In this document: positions 1 to 13,651 of the stretch, piece after piece
Position numbering within the stretch: the first letter of the stretch is position 1
Layout of the letters: each line of letters begins with the position of its first letter
DNA from: Heterodontus francisci
Taxonomy: Eukaryota
Length of the DNA stretch: 64,000 nucleotides
Reading direction: 5' to 3'
Assembly: GCF_036365525.1 (NCBI RefSeq)
Contig: NC_090395.1
Span: forward strand, 65,311,326 to 65,375,325
Made by a program: the position numbers and the translations under genes
The notes under the pieces: model-generated
What the model was told of the DNA's origin: nothing
Database searches by the model: none
The model's input: only the letters and a program-made list of their open reading frames with translations

Positions 1-551
1 GCACCCATTCAGTTTCTGTTCTGATGCAATTCATTTTTGCTGAATTGAAGTAACAGACAGTGTTTTTCTTCAAATCTATTTCAGTTCTAAACATTAGTAT
101 TTCACACAGTTTGCCTTCTAAGAGACAAATGTGTTCTAGGTTCACTATTTTTCTATGCAGTCTTCAGAAGGAACTCTGTGTGAAGCGCCTTGGATCATTT
201 TAACAAGTTGCATTATATCGCATCGTTAACTTAGTGTTCTAAATAAAAAGGAAATGCAGTTAGATTCCTGCCATTGATAAGGAGCTAGAGTTTCAGGAAG
301 GTCAGAGCTGCAACAGGGTAGAAGTAACCAGATGGGAAAGCACAGAAAGAAGAAAAGGCGATTGAAGATACAGGAGAAGCAGATGAATATCATAAAAATG
401 AACTGATAAGATCAAGTGTCGTTTACCTTTAGCTCACCACAACAGAATTACAGGTGATAGAGTCAGTCATGGTTTCTGGTCTTCACCAGCACAGTTGACA
501 AAAATAGTTTTAATAACATTAAGGAATAAGATTTTAATAAAAGAGACTTAC

Positions 552-591
552 TTGATACAAACGTAAGAATCAAAAGAGCAATTAATTCCAT
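552..591 (-). CDS. Signal-peptide exon of CD300/pIgR-like gene C (rest of gene off left edge)
   Basis: ATG...MELIALLILTFVS + A|gtaagt phase-1 donor; paralogous to the gene B leader region; ETS motifs just upstream. Confidence 0.75.
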
Positions 592-672
592 AATTCTTGA
601 CTGTTTCTGGTGGTTGAATTAACTGTGACCATAAGCTGTGCTGTGTTTTCTTTGAGTCGGTTGGTTTTTGAA

Positions 673-734
673 GGTCACTTCCTTATTCGTCCAGTAGTTA
701 AATAGACCATTTCCTTTTTCACAATAAGGAAGAG
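673..734 (-). promoter_or_regulatory. ETS/PU.1-like GGAA motif cluster upstream of gene C leader
   Basis: AATAAGGAAGTGACC and GAAAAAGGAAATGGT on the minus strand about 80-130 bp 5' of the ATG; conserved in the paralog at 25160-25220. Confidence 0.5.
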
Positions 735-841
735 GTCTGGGGCCAAGTGCAAACGCTGAACCCATGCTCCCCACCCTGAATAAAGGACTGGGTTCTTATT
801 TTAGGTGGTTTGTGACACCTACTCTCCATAGCATTCAGAGA

Positions 842-2728
842 GGGAGACCTAGAGGAGTATAGAATGTGTAGTGGGGGGTGGGCGGCGGGGTGGGGGATAC
901 TTAAAAAGTAACTAGGAGAACGAAGAAGGGATATGAAAATACACTGGTGGGCAAGATAAAAGAAAATCCCAAGGCATTTTATAAGGATATTAAGGGCAAG
1001 AGGATAACCAAGGAAAGAATAGGGCCCATAAAGGACCATAGTGGCAAAGCTATGTGGAGCCGGAGGACATAGGTGAGGTTTTAGTTGATTACTTTTCATC
1101 TGTTCTCACTGTGGAGAAGGACGATGTAGGTGTAGAGATCAGGGAGGGGGATTGTGATATACTCGACAGAAGTAATTACCTGAAAAGAAGGAAGTATTAG
1201 CTGTTTTAGTGGGCTTAAAAGCGGATAAACCCCCAGGCCCAGATGAGATGTATCCCAGTCTGTTATGTGAGGCAAGGCAGGTGATAGCAGGGGCTCTGAC
1301 ACAAATTTTCAAATCCTCTCTGGCCACATGAGAGGATTGGAGGACAGTGAATGTGGTACCATTATTCAAGAAGGATAGCAGGGATAAACCAGGTAATTAC
1401 AGGCCGGTGTGTCTAACATCGGTGGTAGGGAAACTATTGGAAAAAATTCTGAGGGACAGGATTAATCTCCACTTGGAGAGGCAGGGTTTATTCAAGGGTA
1501 GTCAGCAGGGCTTTGTCGGGGGAGATCGTGTCTAACAAACTTGATTGAATTTTTCGAGGAGGTAACTAGAAGTGTAGATGAGGGTAAAGCAGTTGATGTA
1601 GTCTACATGGACTTCAGTAAGGCTTTTGATAAGGTCCCGCATGGGAGATTGGTTAAGAAGGTAAGAGCCCCTGGAATCCAGGGCAATTTGGCAAATTGGA
1701 TCCAAAATTAGCTTAGTGGCAGGAGGCAGAGGGTAATGGTTGAGGGTTGTTTTTGCAATTGGAAGCCTGTGACCAGTGGTGTACCGCAGGGATCAGTGCA
1801 GGGACCCTTGCTGTTTGTAGTGTACATTAATGATTTAGACGTGAATATAGGAGGTATGATCAATAAGTTCACAGATGACATGAAAATTGGTGGTGTTGTA
1901 AATAGCGAGGAGGAAAGCCTTAGATTACAGGATGATATAGATGGGCTGGTAAGATGGGCGGAGCTGTGGCAAATGGAATTTAATCCTGAGAAGTGTGAGG
2001 TGATGCATTTTGGGAGGACGAACAAGGCAAGGGTTAGGTAGGTTAGGATGGTAGGACCCGAGGAAGTACAGAGGGTCAGAGGGACCTTGGTGTTCTTGTC
2101 CATGGATCACTGAAGGCATCAGCACAGGTAGATAAGGTGGTTAGGAAAGCATAGATGGATACATACCTTTATTAGCCAAGGCACAGAATATAACAGCAGG
2201 GAGGTTATGATGCAGCTGTATAAAATGCGAGTTAGGCCACAGCTGGAGTACTATGTACAGTTCGTTGCCTGGGCTGGAGCATTTCAGCTATGAAGAGAGA
2301 CCTGATAGGCTAGGATTGTTTTCGTTGGAGCAGAGGAGGCTGAGGGGGGATCTGATTGAGGTATACAAAATTATGAGGGGCATTGATAGAATAGATAGGA
2401 AGAAACTTTTTCCCTTAGCGGAGTGGCCAATAACCAGGGAGCACAGATTTAAGGGAAGGGGCAGAAGGCTTAGAGGGGATTTGAGGAAAAATATTTTCAC
2501 CCAGAGGGTGGTTGGAATCTGTAAGACACTCCCTGAAGGGGTGGTAGAGGCAGGAACCCTCACAACATTTAAGAAGTATTTAGATGAGCACTTGGAACGC
2601 CATAGCATACAAGGCTACGGGCCAAGTGCTGGAAAATGGGATTAGAATAGATAGGTGCTTGATGGCCGGCACAGACATGATGGGTTGAAGGGCCTGTTTC
2701 TGTGCTGTATAATTCTTTGACTCGATGA
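842..2728 (+). mobile_element. 5'-truncated CR1 (HER1-like) LINE
   Basis: RT fragments (GNYRPV, GVPQG, FTDD), CR1 C-terminus, degenerate ACTCTATG-type tail; absent at the paralogous site near 25309. Confidence 0.9.
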
Positions 2729-3235
2729 CTTAGAAGTAAAGTCATGAAATCTGTTTTGTTTTCAGGCATAATGTACTGTATTCACATACAATACTGTTTT
2801 ATACTCTTGTTACACATTCACACTTCTACAAGCTTTCTCACACATTTATAAAAAGAAAACATTCTCCGCTGATTCTATTATCACCATGGCAACAGAAAAC
2901 AGGCCACCGAGGAAGTTTTTTTCACCAACAGAAAAATAACTTTCTAATCAAAATTCACCCCAAATCATTGGACATCATTACCTTAAACTCCAAGAATTAA
3001 ATGACTTGTGATCTGTGAAGGTGATTTTCTCCCACCCGCCACTTTTTGACTACAAGTGGGATTTATGCCATTATCCATTCGTGTAAACTGGGATTGAGCT
3101 AATGAGAGATGTTAATGGGCCTGAGGGTGGCAATTTGTAATATTTTTTCCCCAATTTTCTAGAAGTGTACATGTGCAGGACTTAAACAAGCTATGATGTG
3201 TCTTCTAATTAACAAGAATACTGGTGAATGAAGCA

Positions 3236-3327
3236 ATTATTTATTTATTTTTATTTAGAGATACAGCACTGAAACAGGCCCTTCGGCCCACCGAGTCTGA
3301 GCCGACTAAGAACCACCCATTTATACT
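3236..3327 (-). mobile_element. 3' part of HE1-like V-SINE split by an RTE insertion
   Basis: CR1-derived tail (GGGCCGAAGGGCCTGTTTCAGTGCTGTATCTCTAAATAAA on minus); continues at about 5870. Confidence 0.7.
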
Positions 3328-5850
3328 TCTTCTTTGGCCTCCTTATCTCGAGAGACAATGGGTAAGCGCCTGGAGGTGGTCAGTGGTTTGTGAAGCAGCA
3401 CCTGGAGTGGCTCTAAAGGCCAATTCTAGAGTGACAGGCTCTTCCACAGGTGCTGCAGAAAAACTTGTTTGTTGGGGCTGTTACACAGTTGGCTCTCCCC
3501 TTGTGCTTTTGTCTTTTCTCCTGCCAACTGCTAAGTCTCTTTGACTCGCCACACTTTAGCCCCACCTTTATGACTGCCCGCCAGCTCTGGCGAACGCTGG
3601 CAACTGACTCCCACGACTTGTGATCAATGTCACAGGACTTCATGTCGCGTTTGCAGACGTCTTTAAAGCGGAGACAAGGACGGCCGGTGGGTCTGATACC
3701 AGTGGCGAGCTCGCTGTACAATGTCTCTTTGGGGATCTTGCCATCTTCCATGCAGCTCACATGGCCAAGCCATCTCAAGCGCCGCTGACTCAGTAGTGTG
3801 TATAAGCTGGGGATGTTGGCCGCCTCGAGGACTTCTGTGTTGGAGATACGGTCCTGCCACCTGATGCCAAGTATTCTCCGGAGGCAGCGAAGATGGAATG
3901 AATTGAGTCGTCGCTCTTGGCTGACGTACGTTGTCCAAGCCTCGCTGCCATAGAGTAAGGTACTGAGGACACAGGCTTGATACACTCCGACTTTTGTGTT
4001 CCGAGTCAGTGCGCCATTTTCCCACACTCTCTTGGCCAGTCTGGACATAGCAGTGGAAGCCTTTCCCACGTGCTTGTTGATTTCTGCATTGAAAGACAGG
4101 TTACTGGTGATAGTTGAGCCTAGGTAGGTGAACTCTTGAACCACTTCCAGAGCGTCGTCGCCAATATTGATGGATGGAGCATTTCTGACGTCCTGCCCCA
4201 TGATGTTCGTTTTTTTGAGGCTGATGGTTCGGCCAAATTCATTGCAGGCAGCCGCAAACCTGTCGATGAGACTCTGCAGGCACTCTTCAGTGTGAGATGT
4301 TAAAGCAGCATCGTCAGCAAAGAGGAGTTCCCTGATGAGGACTTTCCGTACTTTGGACTTCGCTCTTAGACGGGCAAGGTTGAACAACCTGCCCCCAGAT
4401 CTTGTGTGGAGGAAAATTCCTTCTTCAGAACACTTGAACGCATGTGAAAGCAGCAGGGAGAAGAAATTCCCTAAAAGTGTGGGTGCGAGATCACAGCCCT
4501 GTTTCACGCCACTCAGGATAGGAAAGGGGTCTGATGAGGTGCCGCCATGTTGAATTGTGCCTTTCATATTGTCATGGAATGAGGTGATGATACTTAGTCG
4601 CTTTGGTGGACATCCAATCTTTTCTAGTAGTCTGAAGAGACCATGTCTGCTGACGAGGTCAAAGGCTTTGGTGAGATCAATGAAAGCAATGTAGAGGGGC
4701 ATCTGTTGTTCGCGGCATTTCTCCTGTATCTGACGAAGGGAGAACAGCATGTCAACGGTTGATCTCTCTGCACGAAAGCCACACTGTGCCTCAGGGTGGA
4801 CGCGCTTGGCCAGCTTCTGGAGCCTGTTTAGAGCGACTCGAGCAAAGACTTTCCCCACTATGCTGAGCAGGGAGATTCCACGGTAGTTGTTGCAGTCACC
4901 TTAATTTTTATAGAGGGTGATGATATTGGCATCGCGCATGTCCTGAGGTACTGCTCCCTCGTCCCAGCACAGGCATAGCAGTTCATGTAGTGCTGAGAGT
5001 ATAGCAGGCTTGGCACTCTTGATTATTTCAGGGGTAATGCTGTCCTTCCCAGGGGCTTTTCCGCTGGCTGGAGAATCAATGGCATCACTGAGTTCCGATT
5101 TTGTTGGCTGTATGTCCAGCTCATCCATGACTGGTAGAGGCTGGGCTGCATTGAGGGCAGTCTCAGTGACAACATTCTCCCTGGAATACAGTTCTAGGCT
5201 CAACCCAGCGGTCCATTTGTTTGCGTTGGTCAGTGATTATGTCCCCTGATTTAGATTTGAGGGGGGCGATCTTCTTGATGGTTGGCCCAAGAGCTCTCTT
5301 AATGCCATCATACATTCCTCTGATGTTTCCGGTGTCAGAGGCCAGCTGAATATGACTGCATCGGTGTTGCCAGTAGTCATTTGCGCAGCGCCTGGCTGTT
5401 CTTTGTGCAGTGCTTCTGGCTGCTTTAAGTGCTACGGATGTTAACTCACTGGGGGCTTTCTTGTAGTTCAACAGTGCAATGCGCTTTGCGGCTATGACAG
5501 GTTCCAGCTCTTCATTATGAGATTGAAACCAGTCTGCATTTCTCTTCGCACGTTTGCCGTAGGTGGTCAAAGCTGACTCATAGATGGCGTCTCTGATGTG
5601 GGCCCACTTGGTCTCAGCAAGCCCTGTGGGAGTGTTTTGAAGGGCTGTTACAAGTGAATTTAGAAATTTTTGTAACAGCTGTGGATGAGAAATTCTGCTC
5701 ATGTTGATGCGCGGGTGGCCCTTCTGCTTGGAATGATGCAACTTCTTTGGTCTGAGTCTAACCTTGCTGCACACCAGAGAGTGGTTGGTGTCGCAGTCCG
5801 CACTGTGGAAGCTGCGTGTGATTTGAACACTGTTTAAGGAGGCTCGCCTG
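3328..5850 (-). mobile_element. RTE-clade (BovB-like) LINE, 5'-truncated, relatively young
   Basis: 481-aa RT ORF 3413-4858 (QCGFR, AFIDLTKAFD, GVKQG, LFADD, C-terminal CxxC) plus upstream ORF pieces; GAA-type tail. Confidence 0.9.
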
Positions 5851-5869
5851 TAGGGTTATACTATTTACT

Positions 5870-6121
5870 ATTATACTATTAGTATTGCCCGACAGTAATC
5901 CCATATTCCCTACCACTTACCTACACTAGGGGCAATTTACAATGGCAAATTTACCTATCACCTGCAAGTCTTTGGCGGTGGGAGGAAACTGAAGCACCCG
6001 GCGAAAACCCACGCAGTCACAGGGAGAACTTGCAAACTCCGCACAGGCAGTACCCAGAATTGAACCCGGGTCCCTGGAGCTGTGAGGCTGCGATGCTAAC
6101 CACTGCGCCACTGTGCCGCCC
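5870..6121 (-). mobile_element. 5' part of HE1-like tRNA-derived V-SINE
   Basis: Head GGGCGGCACAGTGGCGCAGTGGTTAGC, B box GGTTCAATTC, V-domain-like core. Confidence 0.8.
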
Positions 6122-6567
6122 ATGTGCGACATGATAACCAAAGGTAACAGAGAATAACTGACCAGAAGGTCATGTAGCAAAGGCAAACAGTATGTTAATA
6201 GTGTGGTGAAAGACAAAGCGTTGGTACAGAGAGGGTGTTAATTGACAGAAAAATGAACAGCCCTGGCCCCAAGCACAAACATGAAAAAAAAAGTGGATAG
6301 GTTCAGTGGAAACAAACTAAACACGCCAAAGTAAAATAACCAAATAAAAAGAAAAAATAACTAAAAATAAAAAGGGAAACATTTTTGTTTGACTTCTTAA
6401 CTTTTTGTTTGGTTTTGCTTTTTTGTCGTGCCACTTTGTATTTTCGTGCTGTCAATGAAAGTCATCAAAACAATTTGTTTTTCTGAGCTTGATTGTCTGA
6501 GGCCTAGAGACTGTCAGTGCTTGAGTTAACAAGCCAAAACGTTGAATAATTGTTTCCAAATAGTACG

Positions 6568-8235
6568 GGTGGAATTTTCAAATAATGATCCCTGCTGAAA
6601 CAACAAGACTATTAAAGGGTTGGGCACCCATTGACAGCTTCAGTGGGCTTTGCCCAGGCTCTTTAACTCAGTCACGGCATTAGCATCCCATTTCTGGGTT
6701 CTCCAACCAATCAGAGAGGACAGGTGGGATGGCCCACCGAATCTGTCAAAAGAAGGTTTTGTAATTAAAGGGACCCTGGAATGGGTCAGAAGGGCTCAAC
6801 TGCACATGGATTTTTGAGCTGCAGCAACCACAGGAATGGAGAGGAGACATGGGAAGGCTGCTCCCTGGGTCACTCACTCTTACCTTGAGGTCCTGCTGTG
6901 GGATCTGAGGGACTGCAGGAGGTGAGCTGCCCAAAGATGGGAGGAAGAGGACAACCTCACCAACAGCAATTGTGTGGTCCCTCCAACCTCGAGACAGTAC
7001 ACCAAGAGGATCCAGAACCTCAGGAGGCTAGGAAAGGGGAGTGGCATAACATTTCCAGCTGCCAAGCACCACACTCAGACTTTCCCAGCATCCTCCTGCA
7101 CAGCAATCGTCAGACAACACACCTGACAGATTCACTCATTTCTCTGTCTACAGGCACCTCACATTCCCAACTGAGCAGACAATACTCACACTCACCCTCA
7201 TCCTATTGCCCTCCTGCACACATGCCTCACAGTTACCCTCCCCCCCCAAACGTTTTCCTTCATTCCTATTTACACAAAGCCATTTCAAAGACTCATTACT
7301 CTCTACTTTCTCTCCTTGCAGGAGAAAGGAGCACACAACTTGAGGCAGAGTCCCCTTTGGTGGTGATGGGGTGGGGGCAAGGGGTTACCCTCCGGTGACA
7401 GGCACCTAATGGGCCACTGGCAATGGGTGCACACCTAGCTCACTGGGAAGGAGGTCTTGTTCCAGAAGGCTGCAGATGGTGGCAACAACCTGCTGAGAAG
7501 AGCTGAGCCTCCTGTAGCACTGCTGTTAACAAATGGCGAGAGAGTTGATCCTCTGCCTGTAGACCCTGTGTTGGGGATTTTGCCTCCTTGAAACTGGACC
7601 TCTGAGACCGTCCCCTCTGCCCTATGGAGCTGCATGCGGCTGAGGAAAACGCAGCTGTTGCTGCTGCTAGTGTTGCTCCTGCTGCAGATGTTGATGTTGC
7701 TGCTGCTCTTGCTCTTTGTCAGAGGCGCAAGGTGAGGCTGCACAAACTGCTCCCATGCCGTGGTGTAGGCTGATGGTGAGTGAAGTGCAAGACAGGTGAA
7801 GTGATTTCCAAGACGTTGGCAATCAGCTGTCAAGCAGTGATAGCATTCTCTGAGATGGAGTGCAGTGAGCAGCGACCTCTCAGCTGACCCTGGCTGCAGC
7901 CCTTCAATTTCACTGATCAAAGGCTTCCCAGCCTGTCAGTTTCACTGAAGAAGCACTCTCCGCTGTGCACTCACCATGGTGACCCTGGCGAGTTCCACAC
8001 AGCTCAGAACTAGGTCCACTGGCGGTTACAGCCAGAATCCTTGGTTCAAAGAGTACTTAATTGCCTATTTGAATATTTAAGTGACTTACCTGACAGTTGC
8101 ACGTTGGTTCCCCACTCTCCCTTAAACCTGCCTGGGCGGGACGATGTCGGTATCCTGATCTGATGTGACTTTTAGCGGATTTAACTCTCCGGACACACCT
8201 AAACCCACCTCCACTTCCCTGTAAAAACTCCCCCG
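6568..8235 (+). mobile_element. Degenerate PIF/Harbinger-like element (Myb/SANT-like remnant)
   Basis: GGGTGGAATTTTC...GTAAAAACTCCCC imperfect ends; frameshifted similarity to Harbinger Myb/SANT ORF at about 6850-7040. Confidence 0.4.
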
Positions 8236-9244
8236 ATCATTTGGCGATATTTCCAAACCATAATATGACACCTTTTTAACAGGTTGGTGCTGGTTAATGA
8301 AAAGTAGGAATCAATTATTTGTTTGATTATCAATTATTATTACTATCAATTATTATCAGTTGTAAATATTTCAAAAAGCAACTGCTCCATAACATAAGAA
8401 TTCAGCAAATCGTAACTCCTCTTTTTATTATTACAGAAGTAATTCACACAATTTCTATAGACCTGACAAAGCATTTCATATTGTCATAAAATACAAAAAC
8501 TACAATATTGAAAAATAACTACTGAAAGAAAGTGAAAATATTCTGGACATTCATGTATGATTTAGTGAATTTTCTGTCTTGCCTTCAAATGCAGCTCTGA
8601 TCCATTTGTATTCTCTGTTTCCATATAACCCATCATTTGCTGGCCTGGAAAACTGAATAAAATCTAAATGGAAGAAATTGAGCTTAAATAAATGAATTGA
8701 CATTTCAAGACATTCTGGCGGGTGTGCGGGTGGGTAGGGATATTCTGGTGTAAGTGCTGAGGTTCACCTGCCATTAACTCTGCTTCTGACACTGTTCGAC
8801 ATTCCTGGGGTTAGGGGAGCTTTCTGTTGTGCATGTGGGTGCCCACAGCACTAGGGCACATCTTGTGTGCCAGGTTGCACAACGTAACATATGGTGCCTG
8901 GTCCAAGAGAGGTGATGGTGCTCCTTCCCATCCCCTGCTCAAGTTCGCCCTTGTGTGGGAGGAGGGATGCATTTTTATTACAAAAGAATTCATTCCGTTC
9001 TGGCCGAGACATCCAGGTTTGTTATCTGAGTTAATGGTCTACTGTTATGACAGTTCCATCTTAGGACCATTGGAAGTCTTCGCTCCTTCCTATGCCTCTG
9101 GCTTGATTGGCAGAGACTCAAGGCCCCACCTTAGTTAATTATTGTAAAAGCCTGAGATGGTGCTGCAGAGTTTCACGATATATGTGGCGGTAGCACAGAA
9201 GCAGAAATTTTACCTTGTTTTGCCCATAGATCAATTATATATTG

Positions 9245-9480
9245 ACAACAATATCACTTGCACTTACATAGCTCCTTTACTGTAGGAATAGGTCCCAAGA
9301 TGCTTCACAGGAGCATTATCAAACAAAATTTGACACCAAGCCACATAATGTGATATAAGGCCAGATGAGCTTGGTCAAAGAGCTCGGCTTTAAGGAGCAT
9401 CTTAAATGAGAAAAGAGAGGTAAAGAGGTGGAATGGTTTAGGGAGTGAATTCCAAAGGGCCAGCGCCAATGGTGGAACAA
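9245..9480 (-). mobile_element. L2-like LINE 3' fragment
   Basis: LWNSLPKP motif; 3' end shared with 22150 and 46490-46745. Confidence 0.6.
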
Positions 9481-9943
9481 GTAAATAAACACTCAAGTGG
9501 CATTAAAATATTATATAGATAGATGTTCTTCGACACACTTGATCTGAGGTTACACCCTTTGTTTGATACTGGGTCAAGCAGCGACAAAACTACAGTCAGT
9601 TCTGTTCTGTAACCAGTCACATCAGTCAGTAACAGATGTACGTGAGTAGTTTGTATCAGCTGCCTATTTTGATTTTTTCTCTCTTGGATTCCCACATGAA
9701 ACTGAGAACCCCCCACTAACCGGCATTTTTAACCTTTTTGTTGATAAGCACAAATTTTACCCCAAAAAGCCATTGTCATAACACTAGATTGGTGACAATG
9801 CATCCCTCACAAAACTAATGAGCAGCAGTTATTTTCTTTTGGGTTATTTGCTGCTTTTCCCGGCAAGCTTGAAATTGCTTGAGCTTTTGGGCTGAAATGA
9901 AATAATTTTGAATATTACAGTGATAAGATTTAAAATATTATAC

Positions 9944-10059
9944 CTGGGCCTTCTGCAAAGCGTGTATAGCATGTGACTGAAGCTGTGCAAACAGCCAAAT
10001 CACCAAAGAGAATCCAACGGAATATTGCCCATATATGGTGACTCTTCAGTTTATCTTCT
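9944..10059 (-). pseudogene. Gene B transmembrane exon (charged, activating type)
   Basis: cag|A EDKLKSHHIWAIFRWILFGDLAVCTASVTCYTRFAEGP G|gt; the phase-2 start matches the upstream stalk exon. Confidence 0.75.
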
Positions 10060-11260
10060 CTGATTGCACAAGGAACTGTAATTAATAAACTACAAAATAT
10101 TTTATACCCAAAGTTGAGAAATTCATTTAAATCACATTCATACGTGACCTTTTTCAGCCTCCCAAGAAATTGTGCAATGTAATATTGAATGCACTGAGAG
10201 TTGTGCAAGTATGGGGTGACTTTCCAACATGTCCTCACGTCTAGGGGGTCTTGAGCTGTCTGTGAACTCTGGTAAAATTGAACTTGTATACTCCAAACAC
10301 ATCAGTACACTTTTGCAGAGCACACATAACCAGGACAAAATCCACAAATGAAATACACAATAGGACAGTAAACTGTATTTCTAAATGTTAACCAATACAT
10401 TGGTTTAGATTTTGAGGAATTCTGATAGTCGGAAGTATCAATTCATGGGCCAGAAAGGTTCAGTTTTTGTCACATGTAACATTGATCCTTTTACCTTAAC
10501 AGTAATGTTTATCTTTGTGCTTGAATTTAAATTAGCATACATGTGAATGGCTTGGCCAGAGCTAGCCAGGTCAAAGATATAATGCGACAATTTTTATTTA
10601 GTTAACCATCTCATGAATAATGAACATGGAAAAGTGCCTTTCAGGAGTCCTTGAAATTTGGTTTATCAAAAAAAGGGAACTGGCCTGAATCAATAGCATC
10701 TTCGATCAATAGCTTAAACTGAGAGCCTCACTGCCCCTTAGAATACTGAAGCTCGACATTGTAGTCAGGCCCATAAGAAAATCCTTAAAATATTCTGTGA
10801 TCTATCATTCCTTACTTATGTTTATGTCAAAAATCTCACAGCAAAAAAGAGAACAGGCTGCTCTTCTCATGTGCTGATCAGCATTCATCCATCCAAAGGA
10901 TAGGAATTAATATGGATTCAGAAAGCGAAGATCCAGCATGACCAACCTTCTTGATGTTTTTGAGGAAACAACATCTCAAGTGAACTGTGGTAAGTCTTGT
11001 TCTGAGGTTTAGGTATTTTCTGTCTGCTATCAATGTCAAACTAAGTTTTTATTTTTGACTTTTTGAATAAAAGATGGTTTTGCTACTCAGGAATTGTGTA
11101 TAATCCTATTAGCTTTGGTTGCACATGGTGACACCACTATTCCCATCCAGAATGGAGAGGATTGGATAATTTCCCTATCAGTCATCCCTGGAGACTCTGA
11201 GTTATTTACAGAAATACGGTAAAGATGTGCAATATTGATTTCAACTTTTAAGACACTAAC

Positions 11261-11338
11261 TTGTCTGTTCCTGTGCTGTGAAAAGTGGTGACCGCCTCAG
11301 TAGTTCCTGCTGTCCTGGTGGTTGGGCCCAGTGTTGAC
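11261..11338 (-). pseudogene. Gene B mucin-like stalk exon 2
   Basis: ctccag|G STLGPTTRTAGTTEAVTTFHSTGTD AA|gttagt, phase 2-2, 78 bp. Confidence 0.7.
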
Positions 11339-11589
11339 CTGGAGACAATACTGCTGCACGTGACTGGGATTGATTTTAAGCATACCAACACCTGAACTTT
11401 TCAACACTGACTGTTGAGAAAATGGACAGAAGAAAATGGAACTTTTTCTGCAAAAGTGGAATGAAGTGTTTGGAGTATACAAGTCCAGTTTTACCAGTAG
11501 CAAAGCCCACTTCTGGTGTGCTCTGGAATAATTGCTCTCGGACTCCGTCAACAGAGGACGATCAGCCCAGGGAAATATGAAGGATATGT

Positions 11590-13359
11590 GCAGGCAGAAT
11601 CAGGAGAATTTATAATGGGGAATAGAGAAATGGCAGAAACGCTAAATGATTACTTTGAGTCTGTCTTCACTGAGGAAGATACAAGAAATCTCCCAGAATT
11701 AGAGATCCAAGGGATTAGGGGGAATAAAGAATTGAAGGAAATTAGGATTAGTAGGAAGGTTGTATTGGAGAAATTAATGGGGCCGAAGGTTGATAAGTCC
11801 ACAGGACCTGATATTCTACATCCAAGAGTGTTGAAAGAGGTAGTTATGGAGATAATGGATGCATTGGTGATCATCTTGCAAAATTCTATAGATTCTGGAG
11901 TGGTTCCTGCAGATTGGAATGTTGCAAATGTCACCCCATTATTTAAGAAGGGAGGGAGACGGAAAACAGGGAATTACAGACCTGTTAGCCTTACATCAGT
12001 CATTGGGAAAATGCTAGAATCTATTCTAAAAGACATGATAAATGGACACTTGAATTACAATGATCTGATTGGATATAGTCAACATGGATTTATGAATGAG
12101 AAATCATGTTTGGAGTTGTTGGAGTGTTTTGAGGATGTTACTAACAGAATTGATAAAGGGGAGTTGGTGGACGTGATATACTTGGATTTTCAAAAGGCTT
12201 TTGATTGGTTAGACAAATTAAAGCACATGGGATAGGAGGTAATATACTGACATGGATTAAGGATTGGTTAACAGGCAGAAAGCAAAGAGTAGGAATAAAC
12301 AGGTCATTCTTGCATTGGCAGGCTGTGAATAGTGGGGTACTGCAGGGATCAATGCTTGGGCCCCAGCTGTTCACAATATAAATCAATGATTTGGATGTGG
12401 GGACCAAATATAGTTTTTCCAAGTTTGCAGATGACGCAAAACTAGGTGGCAATGTGTGTTGTGAGGAAGATGCAAAGCAGCTTCAAGGGGATTTGGACAG
12501 ACTTAGTGAGTGGGCAAGAATGTGGCAGATGGAATATAATGTGGAAAAATTTGAGGTTATCCACTTTAGTAGGAGGAATAGATGTGCAGAGTATTTCTTA
12601 AATGGTAAGAGATCAGAAAGTGTAAATGTACAAAGGGACTTGGGTGTCTTTTCAATAAGTCACTGAAAGCTAACATGCAGGTGCAGCAAGCAATTAGGAA
12701 GCCTAATGGCATGTTAGCCTTTATCACAAGAGGATTTGAGTACAGGAGTAGTGAAGTCTTGCTTCAATTGTGTAGAACCTTGGTTAGAGCGCACTTGCAG
12801 TACAGTGTGCCATTTCAGTCTCCTTACCTTAGGAAGGATATTATTGCCATAGAGGGAGTACAACGAAGATTCACCAGATTTGTTCCCGGGATGGCGGGAC
12901 TGTCCTATGAAGAGAGATGGGGGAAACTGTGCTTGTATTTTCTAGAGTTTCAAAGAATGAGAGGTGATCTCATTGAAACCTACAAAATACTTAAAGGGAT
13001 AGACAGGGTAGATGCAGCTTAGATGTTTGCCCTGGTTGGGGAGTCTAGAAGCAGGGGACACAATTTCAAAATAAGGGGGAAGCCACTTAGGACTGAGATG
13101 AGGAGAACTTTCTTTACTCAGAGGGTTGTGAATCTTTGGAATTCTCTACCCCAGAGGGCTGTGGAAGCTCAGTCATTGGGTATGTTTAAAGCAATGATTG
13201 ACAGATTTCTAAATATCAATGACATAAACGGATATGGGGATAGTGTGGGAAAAAGACATTGAAGTGAATGATCAGCCATGATCATATTGAATGGCAGGGC
13301 AGGCTCGATGGGCTGAATGGCTTCTTCCTGCTCCTTTGCTCCTATGTTCCTGTGTTCCT
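11590..13359 (+). mobile_element. 5'-truncated CR1 LINE
   Basis: RT ORF fragments 11516-13262; tail CCTATGTTCCTGTGTTCCT. Confidence 0.9.
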
Positions 13360-13651
13360 CGGACATCTCAACATGGCACTGTGGAAAAGGTGAAACACCT
13401 AATGCTATCAGTCTTATTTAGTTAATCTCTGGAAAGAAAATGTGGGTGTGCTTGGAAATCCTTGAAATCTGCTTTAGTGCCAGAGCCGAAAAGAATCAGA
13501 TCAATTATAAGTTTCACCACAGATTACCAAGGGTAGTGAATCTGTATATTATTTTGTCCCTCCAGTTCAACATTTTAAAAAGGACTCAGTTAGTTGAAGA
13601 TTACTTTCATACTTATGACACAACATTGAATTCAACTTTTAAGAGACTAAC

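Noticed and set aside
7435-7920. 161-aa ORF with a CTG/CAG-rich stretch
   Set aside because: Low complexity within a degenerate transposon; no recognisable domain.
10240-10269. 30-bp exon-like segment in gene B
   Set aside because: It has a stop in the phase required by the flanking exons.
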